A stretch of DNA of 64,000 bases, from positions 200,322,001-200,386,000 of the forward strand of contig NC_091977.1 of assembly GCF_044704955.1 (NCBI RefSeq), in the 5' to 3' direction. Below are positions 51,740 to 62,789 of this stretch, one piece after another. The stretch comes from Pristiophorus japonicus. Taxonomy: Eukaryota. Each line of letters starts with the position of its first letter. The first letter of the stretch is position 1. The notes below the pieces were generated by a model. The model was not told the DNA's origin. It made no database searches and saw only the letters and a list, made by a program, of their open reading frames with translations. The position numbers and the translations under genes were made by a program.

Positions 51740-53754
51740 TTAAATCAAATTAACAAAGGCTAGCTCCTCCCGTCCCCTTATCAAACAGGCTTGTTTAATA
51801 TCCAGGGAACGGTGATTAGTCCGTTTCCGCCATTTGTGGCGCCTGCATACCTGGCAGGCCATCACGCCCCATGTTATTGCTAAGATTAATTGTATACCGA
51901 CCAGTGTGTGTGAAATAATTCGGATCCATGGGTGGATGTTCACATTTATTCCCCAGTCCCAGACCTTTCTCCACCAACTCTGACTTTGTAAGTCTACCTC
52001 GGTATCTTCTTCCAGTTCTTTGATTTTAGTTTGTAGCTGGTGATAGATTTTTACGGATTGCCCCACTCTGAGCCTTACCTCCCGTAATACTTCGGTTAGA
52101 TGTGGGATAGGGACCTGCTCTGGCTCGTCATAATCCTGTAAATGATCATGGAGCTGATCGGTTACCTCGATAACTTCGGACTTCCGGCGCCTAACCTGGG
52201 TGATATGCGCTTGCCTGATCGCGGCAGGTCGTAGTGGTGTAAAGCAAAAGTTTGGCTGCGGTATAGGGCACTGCAGGTCATTATACTGGTATGAACGCTC
52301 TGTGGTAGAGACGCAGTATCTTCCCCTCCCTCCGTAGCCTGCCCTCGCGAAGTGCATGTGTGCGGGCACTATTTCTAGTACACACCCGTTGGTTCGGTTA
52401 AACCCGCACTCGTCTAGTTCACCTCGGCCCACCGGGTGAGGGCATACTGTGATTTCCCCCCCTTTGCTTGCAATCTGCTAGGGAAATCCCAGTAAGTATG
52501 TTGTTTTGACGAACGGCAGAGGTGGTGGTTAGGTAGTAGCGTATGGAGACATTTTCCCGTATTACTCCAATATTCTCTCGTTGGTATAGGGGGAACGGCC
52601 CTGAGTCCGGCGTGACTATAGGGATCATCAGGACTGTCCCTATCCCGGTAATCCTACCCATCTGGCAATCTGGAATTGCTGGGTATACTCTGGTCAGTCC
52701 CTTCAGAGTACAATTATCCAGTGTCCCCCTTTGGTTAGCCAACTGAGCTAAATCTTCCTGTTCTCTATCAATGAGGTGATTGATGGTTCTGGCGTGAGCT
52801 TCCATGACTGAGATGCCATCCAGCTGGATTTTGGCACCCTCCTTTCCTAGGTTGGCTTGGTCTTCCTGGTTTTGCTCCACCCTCTCCAATAACCCCTTCA
52901 TCACCCCTCTAAGCTGTTCCACCCTCTCATTTAATTCTTGTATGTCTATCGAGTTCACTACGGAGGTCTCTGTATTGAAAACGGTAGCAACATCATTAAC
53001 TATTTCCCTCTTCATCCTGGGGGCTAACCCCTGTCCCCGGAACTTACTGGCACCCATGGCATCGGCAGCCTGCTGCATTACAACTTTACTTAATACATTG
53101 TACATCTTCCTTGACTGTTCTGTACAGTATTCCAGCATCTGGATGCCTGAAATATTGATCAGAACAGGCACAATTTCATGTCTAACATTATCATACAACA
53201 GTTCCCCCTCGCTGTACATTACAATCCCATTCTCTGATCCCTTCGTAGTTATGGGGCAAGGCAGTTCCTCGGGCAATGTAGTGATTCTTATGGGGCGCGG
53301 TGTCGGAGGGGGTGAGAAACATACATACAATGATATTGCAGCCGCCCCCGCCTCCTCGTAATACCCACACAGCCCCACTCCCTTCTTGCGGATGACTGAT
53401 TGCTGGGATTGTCCCGGAGGCGCGCAAATTATGCCGAAAGTACATTCATCAGGCCCTTTGACATCCCTCCGTTTAATGCATCTGCTCCTTATACCCGTGG
53501 AGCACTGTACACATACTCTTATTCTTATTAGGATTCTTATTAGGATTCACTTGTAACCATGCATTAAAATAAGTCCTGTCCTTGCTCCAGTCCTTGGCTG
53601 CTGGGATGCACATTCCGGCCGTTAAATTAAACAAGACTCCATAGTTCATATAGTTGTTTATTTCCAGCGTGCTCTGCTGTCCGTCGGTGTTGCCCAGGGT
53701 ACGTGCATGTCGCAGGGCTATCCAGATTACGAGTAGCGCCGTTCGTATTCCCAT
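51740..53754 (-). pseudogene. env: Envelope/fusion glycoprotein gene (~670 codons reconstructed) with two frameshifts
   Basis: Signal peptide MGIRTALLVIWIAL (ATG 53754), Cys-rich N-terminal part, furin site RMKR (53007..53018), heptad/coiled-coil segment, Cys-rich C-terminal part, W-rich SWWRKVWDW, TM ISHTLVGIQLILAITWGVMAC, basic RRHKWRKR. Frameshifts at a 12-bp duplication (~53515-53550) and in a G7 run (52456..52462). Confidence 0.85.
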
Positions 53755-56355
53755 TCCGGTAAGTATTATCTGTAATTTTAAACAGACGGCCTGGTCGTCA
53801 CCAGGGGTTAAGTTTTTTGCTCTACGAGAGTCCCTGTCACCCTGCAAAATCAGAAGCACAAGGTTATAATCGAACCATTTCGAGCTGAATCTGTAGGGCA
53901 TGCGCCCGTGTCTTTACTCACTTAAATATTACCCAAACTCCTATGACCAAGGCCAAAGCTATTCCTCCAAACATCGCTGTCTGCTTTACCATTAGGTTGG
54001 GTTTGTGGACTACACCTACCCACCGTGGGGTACATTGGCTCTATTGCCAGAGGTGACGGTGCTATGGCTGCGCACTGCACTATCCGTCTAGTCCCGTTAT
54101 CTCTTCCAGCCTGTTTATCTTCGCTTTTAACTCTTCAATTTGTTTTATTGAATATCTATTTCTTTATTGTATCAGGCAAGTATTATTACATAAGCTAGTT
54201 CTGTTTTTATTTTTGTTTCCTCTGTTAGGTGAGTCTTTTTTTTCTATTAAGAAATCCAAATTAATAATGTTCAGTATAAAACGGCTGTCAATGGAAAGGG
54301 TTAACTCCTTTCCAGGTTTGTAAGAAGACCTGATGTCATTACGTGACTTCACGTAATCATCTGAAAAAAAAAAGTCTTTGTGCCTTCAAAACTGGCTTCG
54401 AAATTAGGAATCCGTTAAAAACAGCATAAATCATTAGAGTAAACTCCAATGTTTTCTTAACTTCTAATTCAAGTACTTGCCAAAGAATTTTTTTTTTTTT
54501 TAATTGTTTTAAAACAAGACCACACATACAATAGCAATTTTGTTTACTGAAATTCAATTCTGTTTTTTTTTATTTCTCTCTTTCTCCTCGTTATCTTCAA
54601 AACCCTCCTGCTTGTTTAGACTGTTCGGGACATTTTTGATAAACACTGTCCATTTTAGAAATCTTTTCAAACTGCATTGAAACTTTTGAAAATTCGAATC
54701 CATGTAGAGTGTTTTTTACTTATTCCAATTATTTTTTTTTCTCTTCTAATTAAACCAATATCTTTTTCACAGCAAACATCAACTAGTATTTAGTAAGTTA
54801 TGTCTTTTTCCATTTAGTCCGTTACATCTTTTTTTTTCCTTTCTTCAAATTAGGTTTTGTATTTTACACGGAGGGTTCGTAACTCCATAAAGTTGTTAAT
54901 TTAAAATCATTTGTTTACTTTCAAAGTGGCGTCTTTATCTTTTTCTTTTTCTCCATAACTGGAATGGAGACCAGCTTTGAGAGTTTGAGTGCTGCCTTTC
55001 GTTATCTCAAAATGCTCCAGTTTCAAAGTCGTTACTAAAGCTTGCTGTTTTTTAACATTTTCCAAAAGTTCCTTTTACACCTTCGCAGATAGCTCGCCAC
55101 TTGCCCAGGAGTTTGACCTGATCAGATTTAATTTAATCTTTTTCTTTTTTTTTTTAATCCACCTCAGTATTTCCTGTGCCTTCTCTGAATATCTCAAAAT
55201 CCCAATTCAAACTTTGTAATTTCAATCTTTATTTAAAACTTTTTTTTTTAGAAGCTCTCTTTTTTTTTTAAGCATTCTTCATCTCATTCCGAGACCAAAT
55301 TTATGTCTTTCAACCCAATCAATCATTGCATGTTTTCTTTCGGCAAGTAAGTGAGCATGTCAAATAAATATTTTGCTCAACAAACCTATTCTTTATTTGT
55401 TTATTTTCCTAGCTCCGTAACTTATCATCCGAATAAATCCACACCTGCGTTTCTAACTTAAATGTCTTAAAACTTCCCACATACAGGACAACATTACAAA
55501 GGGTTTAAAAAAAAGACTTTCACTCTGTTTCTAAAATAAACAGACACTTGCATTCCTCTTCCAACCAGGCTTTCGGAACATGAAAACATAAAAAAATTCA
55601 TTCTGCAGTCAAAAATCACACAGACACTTCTCACTCAACGATTTACAACAGTCTCTCTTCTTGTTTTGGCCGGCTCTATTTTTGGATCCATGACCTTTCA
55701 GGGAATTCGTAGTTTTATCTAAATAATTCCTCACATAACTAATTCCTGAGGATTCCACCCTGCTTTAATCATTTTTTCAATTAGCTTCTTTTGTTTTTCC
55801 GCCAGGTGGCGGGTAAGCGACCCTTCTGGTCCCCACTCGAGTTTACTTGTTTTCATGGCCATTCCTGGGTAGGACTGGTATCGTTAGGAATCTACTCTCA
55901 GAGGTCCGCTTTCTTTCTAGCGCGACTTGTAGTAAACTGTCTCTTGCCTACTGTCAGGTCACAAGTTCTGCTGTTACACAAACTTATACAATTCTTAAAA
56001 ACGCGTTTAAGCAATTCCCGCAGTGCTCTACGTATCCTTAACGACTACCTACCACCGCTCAGCCCGTTGGTCCGACCCTGTTCACAGGTTTGGATTCCGT
56101 TAGCCGCTGTACACCGCTTGGTTCTACCCCGGGGTATTTCAAATTTCACTACTGGGTCCGGAAGATGTCTCTCGGTATCACGATCCCACGGTCTAAGTGT
56201 GTTCCCTACGCCTACTTGGTTCCTGGCCGTCACGTGGGACAAAAGTCCTCTTAATTCAGGCTCAGGCTAGGCGTTTGAGATATTAGACCGTCTCCTCATG
56301 TCGATCAACCAGCTTCCACCTTCCGCACCCTTTATACTTAAAAATTGTTTTTTAT

Positions 56356-56364
56356 ACTCACCCG
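56356..56364 (-). promoter_or_regulatory. Putative major splice donor CGG|GTGAGT
   Basis: Consensus donor ~37 nt downstream of the PBS. Candidate acceptors TTTTGCAG|G (53842) and AATTACAG|A (53770) lie just upstream of the env ATG. Confidence 0.65.
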
Positions 56365-56398
56365 GGTTTTTTCCAAGGGCGTCCAGCGACTCCGGGAA

Positions 56399-56416
56399 AT
56401 CCCGTCGACTACGCCA
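56399..56416 (-). other. Primer-binding site, tRNA-Ser type (TGGCGTAGTCGACGGGAT)
   Basis: Lies 1 nt after the 5' LTR CA; 16/18 match to the complement of the vertebrate tRNA-Ser 3' end as recalled (TGGCGTAGTCGGCAGGAT). Confidence 0.85.
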
Positions 56417-56417
56417 T

Positions 56418-57094
56418 TGTTAGCGTTAGTGTTTTCTTAGAAGAATCACTCAACACTCAGGGTCGGTTCCAATGCTGAAGCAGCTTTTATTACGCTCAGC
56501 GGGAAGGAAAAACTCAGGACCGTATCCAGGTTTCTCTTCACAGAACAAAGAGTTACATGTACCTTTATATGTTTCACAACAGTTACAAAACAGTTTACTA
56601 CAGTTACACAGCCCATCACGGCTGGACACAAGCCAATCACAACGATTATAGATTACATATAGGTTCTTTAACCCAATAGAATTCTCCTACTATCCAGGGA
56701 ACCATATGTTCGGTTATTGTCAGCTTGGGCTGATCGATGGCTTTATAGGTTCTCTCCCTAGTTCTTTCATCTGGGAGAAATAATTGGTATATAGCCTTGT
56801 TTACAGCAAATGGTTTCCCTCTTATCTTTCTTCCTGAAATAATTGGTTTCATGGCCTTGTTCACAGGAGATGGTTTCCTTCTTATCTCTGTCTTCCCAGG
56901 CATTCCTACAGTGGGCCTCACAGGGTTATTGCTCGGTCAGTGAACGTTCAACAGTTCACAGTTTGACTACCTGATTTCCCATAATGCCTGGGCAGCCATT
57001 TTATGTGTGTGTCCATTTAAGCTTATGTGAGTTCTAAATATCCAGCAGGTGCCTAATGCCTAAGTCTATATATATCTTTCGACTCTCTACAACA
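56418..57094 (-). repeat. 5' LTR
   Basis: 677 bp, apparently identical to the 3' LTR; contains two ~60-bp tandem CCAAT-containing repeats and TATAAA. Confidence 0.96.
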
Positions 57095-57165
57095 CAACCC
57101 TTTACGATCTTCTAGGCCTACAAAACTCCAACAGAACAAACCAGCAAATAAAACATATATAAAGT

Positions 57166-57758
57166 GGGCTGGAGTTTTGAAAAGTTTGTGACTGGGTTTT
57201 CACTGCTATTTGACCCTCCACGGCGAAAACCTGGTCGCAAAGCCCGGGCAGGATCCTCAAGTACCTGTTTTCAGCGGCGATGGGACATACCACCGGGGTG
57301 GTACGTCCTATCGCCGCTGCAATGACGCCGATTGAGTTTGCATCCAACTTTCAGCTCTCTCACGACCCGTACGCCGTGCCCAGAATAGCGACAGGTCAAA
57401 CCTGTCGGTACAGCCTGCCAGCAACGGTAAGTATGAAAACCTGCAAAAAAGATAAGTTAAAGTATTTATTTTTGAATTATTTTTCAGCAATTTGCTAGCT
57501 AAGGGTTTTTTAAATGTTTTTGGAATGTTTTTTGCAATTTTTTTTCCCCCTCCCAAGGCCTCTCTCGCAGCGATCCCAGCCCCGGACTAAATTTGGTGAA
57601 ACTCGCGTTTTTGCACCATGAATCCTCGTGCCATGCCCCCCCTTACCAGACGTAAAACCCGAAAGTTCGGCCTAAAAACGGTTGCGCCGCGAAAACGGTA
57701 AGTTTCATGTATTGCTACCGTTTTCGTCGAAAAAACCCGAAAGCCGATAATCCGGCCC
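57166..57758. mobile_element. GC-rich MITE
   Basis: Termini GGGCTGGAGTTT ... GATAATCCGGCCC. Confidence 0.62.
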
Positions 57759-57875
57759 AAGAGCACAAACAGGACTATGTAACCTGGGCTGCAAGGGCTG
57801 GATGTCCAAGGTTCAGAGGTCAAATAGCAGATTGAATGCCCCTAGTGTAACTAGTGAGGTTATAAATATAAATTT

Positions 57876-58114
57876 GCAGCAGAGCAGGTCTCCAGTCTTC
57901 CTGGTTAACACTTGCCACTGGATAAAGGCCTAGTTCTGTCAAGCCGTCTGGTGGCTGATGTGCAATGATCACCACAGGTTAAAAAAATCCACGCACAGGC
58001 ATCTTTCACCCTTTCAATTGGAGTTCAGGACTGGAATATCGGGTCCTTCATTGAAACATCTGTGAACTCGTGGAAGTAAGTCATCCTCGTTCGAGGGACC
58101 GCCTATGATGATGA
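57876..58114 (+). mobile_element. Non-autonomous RTE-tailed SINE-like element, 5'-truncated
   Basis: Ends GTGGAAGTAAGTCATCCTCGTTCGAGGGACCGCCTATGATGATGA; homologous to 24668..25115. Confidence 0.78.
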
Positions 58115-58574
58115 AATATTACCCCTTGCCCCATCATAGGTAGCTAGTAAAGTTTTCTAACTTTATTTCTTAACTAGCAAGCTGAACCAATTTTGATCAA
58201 TTAATCAACCACTAGCTCCCCTATTGTTGCTGAAATAATCAAATAGTAAATTGGAGATGGTGGCCTGCATTTAACAATTTCAGAATAATTCAAGCTCTCA
58301 GTTGTACATTTGGAATCTTTCCCTCAGCACCCTCGATAAGAATCACATGAAAAAAAATGGACTGGCTGAAATGTCTATCCAACACAGAAATATTGTAGTT
58401 TAAAGCTAGCTATAAATGATCACCATGCTGCTGGGGTAATCAATGTGACATCTGTGAAATGAAACTAATAATCTATGGATAGTGTGGGTTGCAAAGTTGT
58501 ATTGATACCAAGTTTGGCGTAATTATTTTCAAGTGCCCTTGGACATGGCATAAGTAATATAAAATAAAACAAAG

Positions 58575-58840
58575 AGAGAGCTTACATTTATCATTTACTC
58601 AGACATGCCAAAACACCTTACAGCTAATGGATTAATTTTGAGATACAGAAACTGTTATGTTGGCAAATGTGGCAGACAATTAGCAGACAGCAAATTCCCA
58701 CAAACAACAAATGAATGAATGATCAGCAAATCTATTTTTGATTTTGTTGAATCGGGAAAAGTGCTGGCCAGGACACTCGGGGAACTCCTTTGCTCTTCTT
58801 CGAATAGTGCCATGGGATCTTGTATATAAATCTAGACAAG
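58575..58840 (-). mobile_element. Decayed DeuSINE fragment
   Basis: CTGGCCAGGACAC..GGGGAACTCC.TTGCTCTTCTTCGAATAGTGCCATGGGATCTT, homologous to 19900-19960. Confidence 0.75.
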
Positions 58841-60007
58841 CAGAAAAATAAGGGTATAAGTCAAATGGGCCTAGCTCCCAATCTCCTCCCACAGCCCTTC
58901 AGTATACAGTAGTTAAGTCATGATTATACAATCATGTATTTTTTTTACAATATTGGCAGCGATTTTGATACTTCATAATATTTATGGATAGTATAGAAGC
59001 AGTACAACAAACCCAAGGATGCAGCAACCCAATGTTACCTCTTAATGCATTAGCTGTGGGCTAACCATGTCATGTCAAAATTGTAGTATATTTAAAATAT
59101 CCAAGGTGAAAATTGTATTATGGGATGTATATTTATATAATAAAAAGTTGTGTGTCTGCAATGTGAGCTGTGATCATGATGTCTCTTGTGACCGTCTATC
59201 AGTTTTCTTCTTTGAATGTCTATCAGTTTCCTTTTTTTCTTATTGTTTAAGTGTATTTTCTTCTCCTCTCTGTGTTTTTCTCATTTCTAATTGGAGATTT
59301 TCTACTTACATTGTGCAAAACTTCCTTCCAAATTTAATGTTATTCATCAATTATTTTTCACCAAAAGAAAATGTTCCCTGTCACATTGTGGCAGCAAAGG
59401 AATTCTGCCCATTCACAGAAAAAAATGAATTTCTTCAAGCTACAGCCACTGTGGCAGTTCTTCACCCACCCTACTATAGACACACTTATTTGTAACACCA
59501 AAAAGCTCTGAATGGGTCCCCTTGATCACATGACCTGATTGCTGATTGGTCCCCTCTGGAATGTGTAATTAGAACCGCCCTGCCTAAGTAATTAGTGACT
59601 TTACAAAGTGTAATTTGAGCCATTCTGACTGCCGACTCCAGACAGAAGAGAGCTCACTTGGAATAGACATGACTTACTCTCACGGGTTAAGACCTTCTCC
59701 CATCCCCCATACAAGTTCCTGCCTCCAACCCCCACCGCCCAAGTGCCTGACCTTCCACCATTCTCCCCGCCCCCCCCACTGCCAAGTTTCTGATAATCAC
59801 AGCGATATTCGAGGCAAACGTCCTGGAGATATCCCAAAAGCCCTAGAAGCAGCTCCAGTGGCAATGAGCTCCACGCGGGATTGTGGTTCGGCCACACTTC
59901 CAGCTTCCTCGTATATCACACGCATGCTCAAAAAGGGGGCAGAGTCCAAGGCGTGCATGGTAGAAGGACACAAAAAAGCTGTTGCAAATAATCACTCCAC
60001 CTTACTA

Positions 60008-60810
60008 AACATAAGAACAAGAAATAGGAGCATGAGTAGGCCATACGGCCCTTCGAGCCTGCTCTGCCATTCAATAAGATCATGGCTGATCATTGACCTC
60101 AACTCCACTTTCCCGCTCGATCCGCATATCCCTTGATTCCCCTCGTGTCCAAAAATCTATCCATCTCAGCCATGAATATATTCAATGACTCAGCATCTAC
60201 AACCCATTGGGATAATGAATTGCAAAGATTCACAACTCTCTGAGTGAAGAAATTCCTCCTCATCTCCGTCTTAAATGACCGACCCCTTATCCTGAGGCTA
60301 TGTCTCCTAGTTCGAGATTTTCCAGCCAGGGGTAACAACCTCTCAGCATCTACCCTGTCAATCCCCTTCAGAATCTTTTAAGTCACAATTAGATCACCTC
60401 AAATCCTTCTAAACTCGAGAGAGTATAGGCCCAATGCACTCAATCTCCCCCCATTGGACAACTCTCTCATCCCAGGGATCAATATAGTGAACCTTTGTTG
60501 CACCGCCTCTAAAACAAGTATGTCCTTTCACAGATAAGGAGACCAAAACTGCACACAGTACTCCAGGTGTGGTCTCATCAAAGCCCTATACAATTGTAGT
60601 ATGTCTTCCTTGCTCTTGTACTCCAACCCCCTTGGAATAAAGGCCAACGTGCCATTTGCCTTCCGAATTGCTTGCTGTACCTGCATGCTAACTCTGTGTG
60701 TTTCCTAAATCTCTCTGGACACCAACATTTAACAGTTTCCCACCATTTAAAAAATATTATGTTTTTCTATTCTTCCTAGCAAACTGAACAACCTCAAACT
60801 TCCTCACACA
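60008..60810 (-). mobile_element. CR1 LINE 3' fragment
   Basis: ACATAAGAACAAGAAATAGG tail; RRNFFTQRVVNL; RPHLEYCVQFWSP. Confidence 0.9.
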
Positions 60811-60814
60811 ATGT

Positions 60815-62575
60815 GCTCGATTTTTTGCTAAGGAGAGAGGCAGGTGCCATCTGAGGCGGGCTGCAACCCTGCTCCTGGCTCCATGTTGGCTCCTCACCAA
60901 GACTTTCCCTAGATTGGGCTTGTTAAGCCCGCCCTGTGAGGTTCCCGACCAATTAAAAGGAAGTGGGTCTGATGACTTGATCTGATGATGCATCATCAGC
61001 CAGTTTCCTTAAAGGGACCATGCCCACATACATTTTGACAGCTGTGCTGTCAGTGTTCTATACCATTGAGGTGCTGCAAACACTGCACAAAGGTGCATGG
61101 CTCCACCCAGGCTCTCCCATGACTACCTCCATATGCTTATGGAGGGAGTCACAGTACACAGGGACGTTCACTTCCCTTCCAATGGGCGGAAGAGACCTCC
61201 CCAGGACAACAACGCAGTCTGGTTGCACATCGTACAGAAGGGCACAAGTAGGGATGTCGTCGGGAGGACCAGGCTGCAGTGATGCAAATCTTTCAATGAT
61301 CTCAGTAGATGACAAAACGCTACTGCAAAGCCACACTCAACCTCATCCTGTTGTGCCACTCATCACATCCCCATCACACTGCCTTCCCTATCCTACCCTA
61401 CCCCTGCATGTCCTTACTCACACCAACTTACCTTGCACCTCCACCCATCTCTCTGTCTATATCTACATTTTCACATCCCCATCTCACTAGATACCCCTCA
61501 CACTCACCCTCATCCTTGTCTAATCACATCAACTAACAGCACACGAGGGTGTTATCGCCAACGCTGATGTAAAGTTTCTGCTAATGTGTTGTCAAACATT
61601 GAAATCTTTATTTTCAACACTTTGCCTTCTTGGACAGATCTGCGTGCACCGTTGGAAGGGCTTAGTGAGTTGCAGTGAATTATGAGACATAACGGTATCC
61701 CCCCCGCCCCAATGGTGAAGAGTGTGAAAGGAATAACTTGGGCATTGTAGGAATGCTTTATGGTGTTGGTATGGGGTGGTGTTAACCTGGCACATCATAT
61801 GACAGCCAGGGTGTACAGCATTAAGTGAAGTAACTGTGGCCATGCTGAGGCCATCCCTAGCCTCCCGGGCAGCAATGTAGTCGGGTGCTGATGCCGTGTG
61901 TCCTGTGCAGCATCAGGTGATTGAGGAGAAGGTTAGTGTTATTGTTGCTGATGCTGGTGTGCCTGGTGATGTTGGTGTTGGGGCTGATCATGATGGGATT
62001 CTGAGGACTTTTTCAAGGGCACCGATGCTGAAGTAATAGATGGCAGCTGAAGTTGAGATGACAGAAGCAATCTGTCAGTGGTGAGAGAGGTTGCTCCAAG
62101 GAGATGATACTGGATAGAAAGTTCACTGCAAACACTTTGAACCTTCATAAAGCTGAAATGTGTATTCCAAATTCTGAAGGTTCCAGTTTCTTTGATTGGA
62201 TTGAACAGCTGTGAAATGGTAGCTTTTATACCACCTCAGCAGCTGTCAACTAGTCAAACCAATCCAGAGTTTTTGGGAACCCAACATACTTAGCTGACGT
62301 GATAACCGAGGGATGGGAACCTCGTAAAAACTTGGAAAAACCATTTGGACCTTGTAAACTTGCTGCTTAAATAGCTTTAAGCTGTTTCCTAACTATCACA
62401 GTTGCCTGATACGCCACTTAGTGCCAGGTCTGCAAACCGCAGCCAGAGCCGGCACTTTGGAAATTCAGAAGTACGTGGGTTCAGAGCGGACTTCCACCCT
62501 GCTGTCAATCAAGGCCATTTTGACAGCTGGCTTGCTTCCAAACTCGCATTCGCAGGGCTGGTATGATTCCAGCCA
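60815..62575 (+). mobile_element. Harbinger-derived non-autonomous element with Myb/SANT remnant
   Basis: 61097..61310 reads APPRLSHDYLHMLMEGVTVHRDVHFPSNGRKRPP..AVWLHIVQK..RTRLQ*CKSFNDLSR. Inverted homolog of 34930..41140. Confidence 0.72.
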
Positions 62576-62789
62576 TTACTTCATCTGCCACCTTATTGCC
62601 CACTCAACCTGTCCACAGTCCCCTGCAGGCTCTTTGTGTCCTCCCCACAGCTTACTTTCCCATCTAGCCTTATATCGTCAGCAGACTTGGATATATTGCA
62701 CTCGGTCCCCTCATCCAAGTTATCAATATAGATTGTGATTAACTGAGGCCCAAGCATTGATCCTTGTGGCACCCCACCAGTTTTTTTTT

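Larger units (their letters stand above)
50926..57094 (-). mobile_element. Endogenous retrovirus-like provirus (6169 bp), env-bearing, pol-less
   Basis: Two 677-bp LTRs (TG...CA), 4-bp TSD CAAC (50922..50925 and 57095..57098), PBS, PPT, env-like ORFs. Confidence 0.93.
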
